In this document: positions 19,676 to 30,524 of the stretch, in pieces
Layout: each line of letters begins with the position of its first letter
How positions within the stretch are numbered: position 1 is the stretch's first letter
Assembly: GCA_964587105.1 (NCBI GenBank)
Contig: CAZPKG010000004.1
Coordinates: forward strand, 153,443 to 217,442
Source: an uncultured Alphaproteobacteria bacterium
GTDB lineage: Bacteria > Electryoneota > RPQS01
Length of the DNA: 64,000 nt
Reading direction: 5' to 3'
The notes under the pieces: model-generated
Told to the model about the DNA's origin: nothing
Databases searched by the model: none
Seen by the model: the letters and a program-made list of their open reading frames with translations, nothing else
Translations under genes and position numbers: made by a program

Positions 19676-20107
19676 ATGTTGTTTTCCAATTCAGCAGCAT
19701 ACGCAGTCCGCGCGCTTGTCTGGTTGGCCCGGCAACCCAAAGACAGCCGGTGGCTGGCGACAGATGTAGCCCGCATGGAGGGAATTCCACAACCTTATCT
19801 CAGTAAGGTTCTCGGAGTTCTTTCTTCGCAGGGCTTCATCTCTTCGACTCGCGGACCGAAGGGAGGGTACGTCCTCGTGCAGGCGCCGGACACGATAACT
19901 CTGCTGAAGGTTTCAGAACTGTTCGACTCCGAAAAACGACTTACCTCATGCGTCTTTGCATACACCGCCTGTGGACATTGCGAACATTGTCCGTTTGGTG
20001 AACTCTGGAACGGCACGCGCGACTCGATTCGTCATTTCCTCGAATCTACAACCATTGAAGCGCTTGCACGAATCAATGGAATCAACGAACAGACCTGTAA
20101 TGGTTGA
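19676..20107 (+). CDS. Rrf2-family transcriptional regulator, first gene of the nar operon
   Basis: MLFSNSAAYAVRAL...PQPYLSKVL...STRGPKGGY; CVFAYTACGHCEHCPF. Confidence 0.9.
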   Translation: MLFSNSAAYAVRALVWLARQPKDSRWLATDVARMEGIPQPYLSKVLGVLSSQGFISSTRGPKGGYVLVQAPDTITLLKVSELFDSEKRLTSCVFAYTACGHCEHCPFGELWNGTRDSIRHFLESTTIEALARINGINEQTCNG

Positions 20108-21149
20108 AAGCCCCTCATTGAAAACGTCAGATACAACGAATAGCGCTCAAGGTAGTCGCGACTCCCGCCTAATCGACCGTTTCGGAAGGGTTCATGATTA
20201 TCTAAGAATCTCCGTGACGGACCGCTGCAACTTGCGTTGCACCTACTGCATGCCCGCAGCCGGATTAAAGTGGAGGAGCACCGAGCACCTATTGAGCAAC
20301 GACGAGATAATGGCCGTCGCTAGTCTCATGGCTCAGATGGGTGTTCGCAAAATCCGTCTTACTGGGGGTGAGCCTACAACGCGAATCGATCTCGCTGAGC
20401 TTGTAGCACGGTTAAAAACAATTGAAGGAATAGAGACTGTTTCGCTGACCACGAACGGGGTCTTGTTTGCTCAGTATGCGCAGGCGCTGAAACAAGCTGG
20501 GTTGGACGGAGTAAACATCAGCTTGGACAGCTTAGATCGCGATAATTTCGCCAGAATTGCACGACGGGATATGTTGCCAAAGGTTCTCGCCTCAATCGAC
20601 GCGGCACTCGAATGCGCGTTCCTGCCTCTTAAAATCAATATGGTCGTCATGGCTGGAGTAAATGAGCATGAGATGCTTGACTTTGTCGAGCTGGCTCGCG
20701 CAAAACCCGTAAATGTGCGATTCATCGAGTATATGCCGTTCAAGGGAAACCAATGGGATCCCACAGGAGTCGTCTCCTACGCCGCCATGCGCGCCCGCAT
20801 CGATCAACAATATCCGCTGCACGCCATGCCCGAGACATATATTGAAAACCGCGTCGCGGAGGACTATATGATTCCTGGCTTTCAGGGCAAAATCAGTTTC
20901 ATTGCTTCGATGTCGCGCAGTTTTTGTGCAACGTGTTCACGCCTCAGATTAACCGCCGATGGCGCGCTTAAGGCCTGCCTTTTCTTTCCGGCACAAATAC
21001 AACTGCGTGAACACCTTCGGCGAGGAGCTTCGAATGTTGAACTCAAAGATTTGATTTCACTCGCAGTGCTTGGCAAACCTGAAGGCCATCCCGATCCGAG
21101 TGAACTAACTGCTCTGAATGATTTGAGCATGATTGAAATTGGAGGATAG
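20100..21149 (+). CDS. moaA: GTP 3',8-cyclase MoaA
   Basis: LRISVTDRCNLRCTYCMP radical-SAM motif; FCATCSRLRLTADG..KACLF; C-terminal MIEIGG. Start placed at the ATG overlapping the rrf2 stop. Confidence 0.95.
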   Translation: MVESPSLKTSDTTNSAQGSRDSRLIDRFGRVHDYLRISVTDRCNLRCTYCMPAAGLKWRSTEHLLSNDEIMAVASLMAQMGVRKIRLTGGEPTTRIDLAELVARLKTIEGIETVSLTTNGVLFAQYAQALKQAGLDGVNISLDSLDRDNFARIARRDMLPKVLASIDAALECAFLPLKINMVVMAGVNEHEMLDFVELARAKPVNVRFIEYMPFKGNQWDPTGVVSYAAMRARIDQQYPLHAMPETYIENRVAEDYMIPGFQGKISFIASMSRSFCATCSRLRLTADGALKACLFFPAQIQLREHLRRGASNVELKDLISLAVLGKPEGHPDPSELTALNDLSMIEIGG

Positions 21150-21152
21150 CAG

Positions 21153-21674
21153 ATGTCAGAAAATGTGATCCACTCTGAACATCAAACAGTCAACGGCCGC
21201 ATCGTCGCAATCTCGACAAGCGTCAAGCGGGGAATACCCAAATCGAATCAGAATGAAGTCCGCCTGATCGAGAACTGGGGAATGGAAAACGACGTGCACG
21301 CAGGGAATTGGCACCGGCAAATCAGCATTTTGGCTATGGAAAGCGTCCAGAAAATGCGCGACAAAGGTGTGCCTGTCCGCCCGGGAGCCTTTGCCGAAAA
21401 CCTTACGACGGAGTTTATAGACATTCCCAATTTGAGCATCGGAACTCTCGTTACAATCGGCGAATCAGAGTTGGAAATCACCCAGATCGGCAAGGAATGT
21501 CACCAGAAATGCGCAATATACTATCGCGCCGGAGATTGTGTAATGCCGCGTGAGGGAATCTTTGCGATCGTGAAAAAAGGCGGCGTCATTAAAGTGGGGG
21601 ATCCAGTCGTCGTCCACCTAACCCCGTTTGACAAATCAGCAATTCAAATGAGTGTCAGCGAGGCTGTGTCATGA
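21153..21674 (+). CDS. MOSC-domain protein
   Basis: GMENDVHAGNWHRQISIL, GAFAENLTT, LEITQIGKECH, MPREGIFA. Confidence 0.85.
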   Translation: MSENVIHSEHQTVNGRIVAISTSVKRGIPKSNQNEVRLIENWGMENDVHAGNWHRQISILAMESVQKMRDKGVPVRPGAFAENLTTEFIDIPNLSIGTLVTIGESELEITQIGKECHQKCAIYYRAGDCVMPREGIFAIVKKGGVIKVGDPVVVHLTPFDKSAIQMSVSEAVS

Positions 21675-22453
21675 CAAGGATTGTGATCGCAACATTAATC
21701 ATTTGCTTTTGCACGTTGACTCACGCCCGCGCACAATCGAGCGACTCACTTGCGAGCGCGGACACGACGATGCAAATCGACGTCCCCGCACAGGCCTTTG
21801 CGCAAAAGTGCGCAGGCTGCCACACGGTCGGCGGAGGCAAGCTAACCGGGCCGGACCTGTTGCCGACACAAGCTTGGCCGAGGCAAGAGCTTGCGGCAAA
21901 AGTGAAACTGATGGAACAACGTGTCGGACCTCTTTCGTCCGATGAAATCACTCAATATGTCGAGTTGCTGCAAGATTCACGCGCACAAGACCGCATTCGT
22001 GTTGCGCAAGAACTCGCCAGTAAAGCCGTTGCCGCTACGCTTGAACCTGCCTCGGCGAAGATTGGCAGGAATCTATTCGAGGGTGTAACACCGCTCGCAA
22101 ACGGCGGCGTCGCATGTATTACTTGTCATCGTGCAGGATCCCAAGGTGGAACTCTCGGCCCCGATCTCAGCGCCTTACATTCGCGCATGGGAAAAGTGGC
22201 AATGACATCCGCCATTCAACAAACGAACTTTCCGGTAATGTCGGGAACATACAAAAATAAACCTGTAACCGCACAAGAAGCTGTGCACATTGCCGAATAT
22301 CTCACAAATCCCGAGCTAATGCCGGCGGCGAGCATCGCCGACAACGCTCCGATCTTCGGCGCCTCACTCGGAGTGCTTAGCTTAATAATTGTAGTCGGAC
22401 TTTATCGTAACCGCTCGCGCAGCGGCCTTGCGCGCCAACGAGGTGTAGCATGA
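21671..22453 (+). CDS. Membrane-anchored periplasmic diheme cytochrome c (positionally like Thermus NarC)
   Basis: Signal peptide; CAGCH and CITCH, each followed by GPDL; C-terminal TM helix; overlaps the narG start. Confidence 0.85.
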   Translation: MTRIVIATLIICFCTLTHARAQSSDSLASADTTMQIDVPAQAFAQKCAGCHTVGGGKLTGPDLLPTQAWPRQELAAKVKLMEQRVGPLSSDEITQYVELLQDSRAQDRIRVAQELASKAVAATLEPASAKIGRNLFEGVTPLANGGVACITCHRAGSQGGTLGPDLSALHSRMGKVAMTSAIQQTNFPVMSGTYKNKPVTAQEAVHIAEYLTNPELMPAASIADNAPIFGASLGVLSLIIVVGLYRNRSRSGLARQRGVA

Positions 22454-25400
22454 GTTGGATCACCGATCTCTTCGATCCCAAGCAGCGCGAATGGGAAGAT
22501 TTCTACCGTAACCGTTGGTCTTATGACAAGATCATCCGCAGCACGCACGGTGTAAACTGCACAGGTGGATGCAGTTGGAATATCTATGTCAAGAATGGCA
22601 TCGTCACGTGGGAAATGCAGGCGTTGGACTATCCGATTATCGACAAGGATATTCCGCCCTACGAGCCGCGCGGCTGTCAACGCGGCATTTCCTATTCGTG
22701 GTACATTTACAGCCCGATCCGCGTCAAGTACCCATATGTACGAGGCGTGCTGATTGACCTGTGGCGCGAAGCCAAACTGCAATTCCCTGATGACCCCGTC
22801 GGTGCATGGAACTCAATAGTTTCAAATCCCGAATCGCGCGCGAAGTATCATTCCGCACGCGGTAAAGGCGGACTGCGGCGCTTCAGTTGGGACGAAGCGC
22901 TTGAATTGCTTGCCGCTGCGAATATTCACACCGTGATGAAGCACGGCCCCGATCGCATTGCAGGCTTTTCTCCAATTCCCGCGATGTCTATGGTCAGCTA
23001 CGCTGCCGGAGCGCGCTTCATGCAGCTCATGGGCGGCGTATCGCTTTCATTCTATGATTGGTATTGCGACTTGCCTCCGGCGTCTCCCGAAATTTGGGGG
23101 GAGCAAACCGACGTGGCGGAGAGCGCCGATTGGTTCAAGTCAAACTTCATCGCGGTTGTCGGATCAAACGTCTTGATGACACGCACTCCCGACGCACACT
23201 TTCTGGTGGAAGCACGGCATCGCGGCGCGAAAGTCGTTGTGTTCTCACCGGACTTCTCGATGGTGTCAAAAGTTTCTGACGAGTGGGTTCCCATTCATCA
23301 AGGGCAGGACTCTGCGTTTTGGATGTCGGTTGGCCACACAATCTTGCGCGAGAACTATGTTGAGCGCACGGTTCCGTTCTTCGTGGATTATCAAAAGCAA
23401 TACACGGACGGCCCGATTCTGGTTGAATTGCACAAACAGGCCGACGGCACATTCAGGCCCGGGCAATATCTGCGCGCAGCGCAGGTTGAAGAAACCAAGA
23501 GTGTAGACAATGCGCAATGGAAATTCTTCATGCTTGACTCGAAGAGTGGTGAGCTACGCTTACCGCAAGGCACAATCGGTCATCGCTGGCAAAAGAAGAA
23601 GGGTCAATGGAATCTAAAGCTTGAAGATGAGCGGACGGGCAATGCATTTGATCCGCGTTTGATGCTCGATCCAGCGCAAGATGAAAAGATTACGGTGTCA
23701 TTGCCGGAGTTTTCCTCCGAGCAGGGAGACGATTGGGTAAAGACGACTGTTCCCGCACGCAAAATCAAGACTGTGAGCGGCGACGTCTATGTCACAACGG
23801 CATTTGAACTGCTCATTGCAAGATACGGTGTCAATCGAGATGCCGCACACCCGACCCCGTATGACGAGCCGGATCAAGCATATACTCCTGCATGGCAAGA
23901 GAAATTCACCGGAGTCTCCGGCGACGTCGTGCTGCAGTTTGCGCGCGAATGGGCAATGACCGCTGAAAAGAGCGGCGGAAAGTGCAGTGTAATCATCGGC
24001 GCGGGCGTGAATCACTGGTATCACAATAATCTGATCTATCGCTCAATCATCTCAAGTTTAATGCTTTGCGGATGTGTCGGGAAGAATGGCGGCGGATTAA
24101 ATCACTACGTCGGTCAAGAAAAACTTGTGCCGCAGACGTCGTGGGCGCCCATTGCGTTCGGCACGGATTGGTCTGCACCGCCACGGTTGCAGAATACTCC
24201 GTCTTTTCACTATGTAAACTCCGATCAATGGCGTTACGATTCCAAGTTCGACGACATTTGCCCTGTGGCCGATCGTTCTCACAGCATGGCTCACGGCCAC
24301 ACCATTGACAAACAAATTCAAGCCGTGCGATCCGGCTGGCTTCCTTCCTATCCGCAGTTTGATCAGTCATCATTGGAAGTTGCAAAAGAAGCGCGAAACA
24401 GTGGCGCGACAGATGAGGCAACGATAGTCAAGAACGTCGTCGAGAGATTAAAAGCGAAGAAACTGAAATTCGCCGTAGAAGATCCCGATTCACCGAAGTG
24501 CTTCCCGCGGCTGTTCTACATTTGGCGCGGCAACGCACTTCTCTCTTCTGCAAAGGGCCACGAGTATTTCCTGAAACACTACTTGGGCACGCATACAAAT
24601 CTGATTGCGAAAGAGCAGGCCAAAGAGCACGTCGAAGAAGTAACGTGGCATGACAAAGTCGAACTCGGAAAGATGGACCTCGTGGTTGACTTGAATTACC
24701 GCATGGATTCATCCGCCCTCTATTCCGACGTCATTCTTCCCGCCGCGACCTACTACGAAAAGAACGATCTGAACTCAACGGATATGCACAGCTTCATACA
24801 TCCGTTGCAAGCGGCGGTCCCTGCATGTTGGGAATCGAAGAGTGACTGGGATATCTTCCGTGAAGTAGCGAAAGTAACGTCTAAACTTGCCGAACGATAT
24901 CTTCCCGATCCCGTTGAAGACGTTGTAACGGCTCCGCTCGCGCACGACACTCCCGCCGAAATCGCGCAGCCATCCGTCAAGGACTGGTCAAAGGGTGAAT
25001 GTGAGGCTATTCCCGGCAAGACGATGCCAAACATAAAAGTTGTCAAGCGAGACTACAAGAATGTTATCAACAAATTTATCAGTCTCGGACCCAACTTCCG
25101 CAATGGCCTTGGGATGCACGGCGTGCAATTTGAAGTTGCCGACATGTACGACGCTTACATGGAAAATAATCCGACCGAGAAGTGGGGCGGAGGAGTTTAT
25201 CCTTCATTGCGGGAGGACGTACTCGTATGTGAAGCGATTCTGAATTTTGCGCCGGAGACGAACGGCGAATTGGCTTATAGGTCATACCAATCCGAAGCCA
25301 TACGCACGGGTATGGATCATTCACATTCCGCCGAGAAAACGCGCTCGATTCGGATCACATTCGATGATATCGCCGCGCAACCCCGCCGTATCCTCACGAC

Positions 25401-26073
25401 TCCTTTCTGGACTGGAATCACAAGCGACAACCGAACATACTCCGCCTACTGCCAAAACGTCGAAGGACTCGTCCCGTGGCGCACGCTAAGCGGCAGACAG
25501 CACTACTATCTTGATCACGAATCCTATATCGCATACGGCGAGAACCTTCCCACATATAAGCCACGCCCAGTTCGCGAAATTCTTGGCGATTTGTCGCAAT
25601 CCAAGCCCTCAGGCGGAACACTTGTGCTAAATTATCTAACGCCGCACGGCAAATGGTCCATTCACTCGACCTATGGTGACACGTTAAGAATGCGCACGCT
25701 CAGTCGCGGCCACGACCCGATTTGGATAAACGACAAAGACGCGTTGCTGTTAGGAGTGGAAGACAACGACTGGGTTGAAATCTTCAACGATCATGGAGTC
25801 GTGTGCACGGTCGCCAACGTCAGCGCGAGAATTCCTCGCGGCATGTGTTTCATCTATCACTCGCCTGAGCGCACACTCGGAATTCCCAAGTCGCCCGAAC
25901 GTGGCTACCGTCGCGCAGGCGGGCACAACAGTTTAACGCGCGCGCGCCTGAAGCCGCTCTTTATGATTGGCGGCTACGGCCAATTTACCTATGCCTTCAA
26001 CTACTGGGGCCCGCCCGGAGTAAACCGCGACACGTTTGTAGCCGTTAAGAAACTCGAAAAAGTAATCTGGTGA
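22450..26073 (+). CDS. narG: Respiratory nitrate reductase alpha subunit (cytoplasm-facing, no Tat signal)
   Basis: [16 protein letters not shown]0 motif, [40 protein letters not shown]. Confidence 0.97.
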   Translation: MSWITDLFDPKQREWEDFYRNRWSYDKIIRSTHGVNCTGGCSWNIYVKNGIVTWEMQALDYPIIDKDIPPYEPRGCQRGISYSWYIYSPIRVKYPYVRGVLIDLWREAKLQFPDDPVGAWNSIVSNPESRAKYHSARGKGGLRRFSWDEALELLAAANIHTVMKHGPDRIAGFSPIPAMSMVSYAAGARFMQLMGGVSLSFYDWYCDLPPASPEIWGEQTDVAESADWFKSNFIAVVGSNVLMTRTPDAHFLVEARHRGAKVVVFSPDFSMVSKVSDEWVPIHQGQDSAFWMSVGHTILRENYVERTVPFFVDYQKQYTDGPILVELHKQADGTFRPGQYLRAAQVEETKSVDNAQWKFFMLDSKSGELRLPQGTIGHRWQKKKGQWNLKLEDERTGNAFDPRLMLDPAQDEKITVSLPEFSSEQGDDWVKTTVPARKIKTVSGDVYVTTAFELLIARYGVNRDAAHPTPYDEPDQAYTPAWQEKFTGVSGDVVLQFAREWAMTAEKSGGKCSVIIGAGVNHWYHNNLIYRSIISSLMLCGCVGKNGGGLNHYVGQEKLVPQTSWAPIAFGTDWSAPPRLQNTPSFHYVNSDQWRYDSKFDDICPVADRSHSMAHGHTIDKQIQAVRSGWLPSYPQFDQSSLEVAKEARNSGATDEATIVKNVVERLKAKKLKFAVEDPDSPKCFPRLFYIWRGNALLSSAKGHEYFLKHYLGTHTNLIAKEQAKEHVEEVTWHDKVELGKMDLVVDLNYRMDSSALYSDVILPAATYYEKNDLNSTDMHSFIHPLQAAVPACWESKSDWDIFREVAKVTSKLAERYLPDPVEDVVTAPLAHDTPAEIAQPSVKDWSKGECEAIPGKTMPNIKVVKRDYKNVINKFISLGPNFRNGLGMHGVQFEVADMYDAYMENNPTEKWGGGVYPSLREDVLVCEAILNFAPETNGELAYRSYQSEAIRTGMDHSHSAEKTRSIRITFDDIAAQPRRILTTPFWTGITSDNRTYSAYCQNVEGLVPWRTLSGRQHYYLDHESYIAYGENLPTYKPRPVREILGDLSQSKPSGGTLVLNYLTPHGKWSIHSTYGDTLRMRTLSRGHDPIWINDKDALLLGVEDNDWVEIFNDHGVVCTVANVSARIPRGMCFIYHSPERTLGIPKSPERGYRRAGGHNSLTRARLKPLFMIGGYGQFTYAFNYWGPPGVNRDTFVAVKKLEKVIW

Positions 26074-26082
26074 AGGTGAACA

Positions 26083-27576
26083 ATGGACATTAGAGCACAA
26101 GTTTCCATGGTATTTCACCTCGACAAATGCATCGGTTGTCACACGTGCAGTGTAGCCTGCAAAAATGTGTGGACGGACAGACCGGGTGCTGAGTACATGT
26201 GGTGGAACAACGTCGAAACAAAACCCGGTACAGGATTCCCGCATCGCTGGGAAGATCAGGAACGCTACAAAGGCGGTTGGAAACTAAACGGCGGCAAAAA
26301 TCTTCAGCTGAAATCGCAGTCCAAGCTCGGCGGCCTCCTTAAGCTCTTCTACAACCCAAATCAACCCGGTCTGGAAGACTATTACGAACCGTGGACCTAC
26401 GAGTACGAGAATTTGTTTGATGCACCGGCCGGCGATGATCAACCGACCGCCAAACCGGTCTCGCAAATCACCGGCGATGAAATGAAGATTGAGCGCGGCC
26501 CCAATTGGGATGACGACCTCTCCGGTTCGCCGCTGTATGCCGCAAACGACGTCAACTACGATCAACTTACACCTGAAGAGCGGCAACAGTTGTTTGAAAT
26601 TCAGCGCGTCGCATTTATGTATCTTCCGCGCATTTGTAACCATTGCGCGAACCCGAGCTGCGTCGCCTCCTGTCCGTCAGGAGCGCTCTACAAACGAGGT
26701 GAAGATGGAATTGTTCTGATAAACCAGGATGTCTGCCGTGGTTGGCGCGCCTGCATTTCCGCCTGTCCCTACAAAAAAATATACTACAATTGGGTGACTG
26801 GAAAATCAGAGAAGTGCATACTCTGTTATCCTCGACTCGAAACCGGTCAGGCTCCCGCCTGTTTCCACTCGTGCGTAGGCCGGATTCGCTATCTTGGAGT
26901 GCTTCTTTACGACGCGGATCGAATTGAATCCGCAATGAAAACAGCCGACCCGATGCTGGTGGAAGCGCAGCGCGATGTAATCTGCGATCCCGAAGACGAG
27001 TCCGTAATCGCTTCGGCGCGCGCCAACGGAGTCAGTGATGAAATGATTGAAGCTGCGCGCAAATCTCCGGTTTACAAATATGTCGTTAAGTGGAAACTCG
27101 CCCTGCCCCTTCACATTGAATACCGGACAATGCCGATGCTGTTCTATGTGCCGCCGCTTCTGCCTGTGATGGGAAAAGACGGCGACCAGCCGTATGATCA
27201 TGCCGAAGACGCATTCTTTACTTCACTCGACAAGTCCCGGCTTTCAATTAAGTACATGGCGCGGCTGTTCAGCGCCGGAAATGAAACGGTAGTGACGGCG
27301 TCACTGAAAAAACTCATGGCTGTTCGCTACTTTATGCGCATGAAGGAAGTGGGAGACGTGAATGATGACCGCGTGCGCCGCATCATGCGCGAAGCAGGAA
27401 CGACGCCGGAAGAGGCGGAAGAAATCTACATGCTAACCGCAGTGCCGACTGTGCACAAACGCTATGTACTTCCGCCGCTCCAGCGTGAAGAAGCGATTGG
27501 CTCCATGTGCGACGTGCAGGATTGTAAAGGCAGCTGCGGCTTCGGCGCCACATCCGGCGCAGAGAGGAGCGTGTGA
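26083..27576 (+). CDS. narH: Respiratory nitrate reductase beta subunit
   Basis: CIGCHTCSVAC, CNHCANPSCVASC, CRGWRACISACPY, CILCYPR...PACFHSCVG. Confidence 0.97.
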   Translation: MDIRAQVSMVFHLDKCIGCHTCSVACKNVWTDRPGAEYMWWNNVETKPGTGFPHRWEDQERYKGGWKLNGGKNLQLKSQSKLGGLLKLFYNPNQPGLEDYYEPWTYEYENLFDAPAGDDQPTAKPVSQITGDEMKIERGPNWDDDLSGSPLYAANDVNYDQLTPEERQQLFEIQRVAFMYLPRICNHCANPSCVASCPSGALYKRGEDGIVLINQDVCRGWRACISACPYKKIYYNWVTGKSEKCILCYPRLETGQAPACFHSCVGRIRYLGVLLYDADRIESAMKTADPMLVEAQRDVICDPEDESVIASARANGVSDEMIEAARKSPVYKYVVKWKLALPLHIEYRTMPMLFYVPPLLPVMGKDGDQPYDHAEDAFFTSLDKSRLSIKYMARLFSAGNETVVTASLKKLMAVRYFMRMKEVGDVNDDRVRRIMREAGTTPEEAEEIYMLTAVPTVHKRYVLPPLQREEAIGSMCDVQDCKGSCGFGATSGAERSV

Positions 27577-28112
27577 TGTCCGCCAGAAATCTCAACCTTG
27601 TATGTGACGAACTTGCCACACTGCTGAGTTACCCGGATTCCAACTACTATTCAATGCTTCAAAAAGCAGTCGAGTCTCCTTCAAGCAGAAAATCCGCCAA
27701 AGCTCTGAGGACGTTTCAAGAGTCAATTGCAAATTTATCCGAATCTGAGTTGCAAGAATTCTATTCAAGCACGTTCGATCTCAACCCGCTCTGTTCGCCC
27801 GCGTTGAGCGTTCACTTGTTCGGCGTGGAGAGTTTCAAACGTTCGCATCTTATGGTAGGCCTGTTAGACATGTATCGAGCCGCCGATTTCCAAACCGTTG
27901 GAGAAACCGCAGATCATATGAGCACGGTCGTGCGCTTCCTGTCGCATTCTTCATCTGAAGAGCGAGAAGAAATCGCTCAGTTTATCCTATTGCCCGGTCT
28001 GACAAAAATCGCCGAATTTCTGGAGTCAAAGTCAAACTCATTCTCTCATCTGGTGAAAGCAGCCGCAATGATAGTGGCAGCCGAAACAGGGAAGGAGGCA
28101 AAATATGCTTGA
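27576..28112 (+). CDS. narJ: Nitrate reductase molybdenum cofactor assembly chaperone
   Basis: LLSYPD, YSSTFDL, ETADHMS; position between narH and narI. Confidence 0.85.
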   Translation: MSARNLNLVCDELATLLSYPDSNYYSMLQKAVESPSSRKSAKALRTFQESIANLSESELQEFYSSTFDLNPLCSPALSVHLFGVESFKRSHLMVGLLDMYRAADFQTVGETADHMSTVVRFLSHSSSEEREEIAQFILLPGLTKIAEFLESKSNSFSHLVKAAAMIVAAETGKEAKYA

Positions 28113-29421
28113 ACTGTTTGCATTTGTCGGTCTGCCCTATGCCGCGATCATCATCTGTATTGTCGGAATTGTGTGGCGCTTCCGCAATGACCGCTACGGA
28201 ATTTCATCGCTGTCGTCGCAATTCCTCGAAAGCAAGAAACTATTGTGGGGTTCTGCGCCGTGGCATATCGGTATTCTTGTGATCTTCCTCGGCCACTTCG
28301 TCGCATTCCTTATTCCGGGAGTATGGCAACGGTTGATGGCTGTGCCGATGCTGTTGGCCATTGCAGAAACGACCGGAATCGCTGCGTCGGTGCTGTGTCT
28401 GTTGGGATTGCTTGTACTCTTCTATCGCAGAGTGACTACAGGCAGACTTCAAAGATCAACAAATATCGGTGACTTCGTCGTAACAGCCTTGCTGTTGGCG
28501 CAAGTAGCTCTGGGCTTAATGGTTGCAGGCGGCTATCGCTGGGGAGCAAGCTGGTCAACCGGAACTCTTTCGCCTTATGTTTGGAGTTTGTTGACACTCA
28601 ATCCGGACGTATCGGTTATTCGCGACATGCCCGTTGTCATTCAAGCTCACGTTGTGGGCGCTTGGTTGATCTTACTGGTGTTTCCATTCACGCGCCTGAT
28701 TCACATGGTATCTGTGCCGATGCAATATCTCTTTCGCTCGCCACAGAAAGTTGTCTGGAACAACCCTCGGCGCAACAATCAAGCCGCCGCCGCGCGGGTT
28801 ACTCAAGAATCGCGCCGTCATTTCATAAAGGCCGCTGTCGGGCTTAGTGCTGCCGGTCTATTATTGTCAGTCGGCGTCCTCGATAAATTGGGCCGGTTCT
28901 TCCAAATGCCGGGATTGCACAACGATGAAGAAGCGAACTTGCTCGAAACCCGTTTACGCCGTTTGCAATTGACCGCAGAAGAGAAGGAACTTGAACTCGA
29001 ACGGCTTCGCAGTGATCACATCTACGTCGCGAAACTGTCCGAATTGAACAACTCCGTCGGAAAATACTTCATTGACTACTCAATGCGTCCCGGTCTTGCC
29101 TTTCGCTCGGACGATGGCTGGCCCATGCTGCTATCCGCGAAATGTACGCATTTGGGTTGCACCGTCGGAAATCAAGTTGATGCGAACGGAAAAATCCTCT
29201 GCCCGTGTCATGTCTCCTATTTTGACATCAAGACCGGAATTCCCAATGAAGGCGCTCCTGCCAAGGCGCCCCTTGACAGAATCGCGTGGGTGTTGAAGGA
29301 TGACCAAGGAAATGAAGTCGCTACAGAAAGCCCTCGTGGTTCACGCACCGGAAGAGTGGACCCAGCGTTGGCGGACGGATATTCTTTGTTTATCGTTAGA
29401 TCTTTGTCGGCGGAGGCGTAA
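28105..29421 (+). CDS. narI: NarI (nitrate reductase gamma subunit) fused to a twin-arginine TM anchor and a Rieske [2Fe-2S] domain
   Basis: NarI His pairs WHIGILVIFLGH and QAHVVGAW...FTRLIH; SRRHFIK at residues 236-242 (28810-28830) then a hydrophobic helix; CTHLGC (29143-29160) and CPCH (29200-29211) in one uninterrupted ORF. Confidence 0.92.
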   Translation: MLELFAFVGLPYAAIIICIVGIVWRFRNDRYGISSLSSQFLESKKLLWGSAPWHIGILVIFLGHFVAFLIPGVWQRLMAVPMLLAIAETTGIAASVLCLLGLLVLFYRRVTTGRLQRSTNIGDFVVTALLLAQVALGLMVAGGYRWGASWSTGTLSPYVWSLLTLNPDVSVIRDMPVVIQAHVVGAWLILLVFPFTRLIHMVSVPMQYLFRSPQKVVWNNPRRNNQAAAARVTQESRRHFIKAAVGLSAAGLLLSVGVLDKLGRFFQMPGLHNDEEANLLETRLRRLQLTAEEKELELERLRSDHIYVAKLSELNNSVGKYFIDYSMRPGLAFRSDDGWPMLLSAKCTHLGCTVGNQVDANGKILCPCHVSYFDIKTGIPNEGAPAKAPLDRIAWVLKDDQGNEVATESPRGSRTGRVDPALADGYSLFIVRSLSAEA

Positions 29422-30518
29422 TGAAACAGCCATTCGTCAATTCAGTGATTGATTTTCTCGCATCCCGCTTGCCATTCCACAAGCTCGATGTCAAGCACAT
29501 GATCACGGAAAAAGAGGTGCCGGTCCACCGCATGTCGTGGGGGTATTACATCGGTGGGCTTGCACTGTTTTTCTTTATCATCCAAGTGTTTACCGGGATG
29601 ATGCTCTTATTCTACTATGAACCAACCGTCAGTGAAGCGCATGAGTCGGTCGAGTACATCACTCATTTCGTGACGATGGGCGGTTTGATTCGGAATCTTC
29701 ACGCCTGGTCGGCTTCGTTCATGATCTTCTGTGTCATCGCTCATATGCTCAGCGCCTTAGCGATGAAGGCCTTTGCAAAGCCGCGGGAAGTAACGTGGAT
29801 CGCAGGCGTACTGCTATTGCTGATCACTTTTGGCTTCGGCTTCACCGGCTATCTGCTTCCGTGGAATCAAATAGCAGTTAACGCGACAAAAGTAGGCTTG
29901 GCGTCAATCGATCAGGTTGGTCAATATCTTCCTGCCGCGCTCTCGCATCTTGCCGAAGATGTGCGCATCACAATTCAAGGTGCGCCTGCCATCGGGCAGG
30001 CAACACTAAGCAGGTTTTTCGCGCTTCACGTTGTCATTCTCCCGCTGCTCGTCTTTGGCGTCATCGGTTTGCATGTGCTGTCGGTACAAATGCATGGAAT
30101 GAGTCCCGGCATCGAGGATAAACCTCGCCGTAAAGAAAAATTCTTTCCGTTCTTTATTCTCAAGGACTTCAAAGAATGGGGGATTGCTTTTCTTGTCTTG
30201 TTCATCATAGCGCTCTGTCTGCCGTTTGATTCGCTCTTTCCGTATCCGTTGCTTGAACCGTATAATGCATTAGGATCGACTCCCGACGGAATTAAACCGG
30301 AGTGGTACTTCTACTTCGTTTACTATCCGATGGAACTGTTGCCGTTCTGGATCATCATCATCGTGATGACCTGTGCAACGCTTGGACTGTTCGCAGCGCC
30401 GTGGATTTTCAAAGGGTCAAGCCACAAGACAATGCGGTGGATCGCGTCGGCAATCGCCGCCTATCTGATTACCATGACTCTTTTCGGCGAAAACATCTAT
30501 CACGCAATCAAGGGGTAA
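29421..30518 (+). CDS. Cytochrome b of a bc-type (Rieske/cytb) complex, with b and subunit IV fused
   Basis: RNLHAWSAS...IAH, FTGYLLPWNQ, RFFALHVV...GLH, Qo-site motif KPEWYF. Confidence 0.9.
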   Translation: MKQPFVNSVIDFLASRLPFHKLDVKHMITEKEVPVHRMSWGYYIGGLALFFFIIQVFTGMMLLFYYEPTVSEAHESVEYITHFVTMGGLIRNLHAWSASFMIFCVIAHMLSALAMKAFAKPREVTWIAGVLLLLITFGFGFTGYLLPWNQIAVNATKVGLASIDQVGQYLPAALSHLAEDVRITIQGAPAIGQATLSRFFALHVVILPLLVFGVIGLHVLSVQMHGMSPGIEDKPRRKEKFFPFFILKDFKEWGIAFLVLFIIALCLPFDSLFPYPLLEPYNALGSTPDGIKPEWYFYFVYYPMELLPFWIIIIVMTCATLGLFAAPWIFKGSSHKTMRWIASAIAAYLITMTLFGENIYHAIKG

Positions 30519-30524
30519 ACTGAG

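Noticed and set aside
19956-20099. N-terminal extension of moaA in the ORF track (similarly 43509-43619 for the HK, 7391-7453 and 58138-58272)
   Set aside because: These overlap upstream genes, terminators or promoters; downstream starts with RBS or stop-start coupling fit better.
28781-28830. narI and Rieske as two genes joined by a sequencing frameshift
   Set aside because: The frame is continuous with a sensible linker and no stop or RBS remnant, and the RR motif sits where a fused Tat anchor is expected. Read-level confirmation is still desirable.
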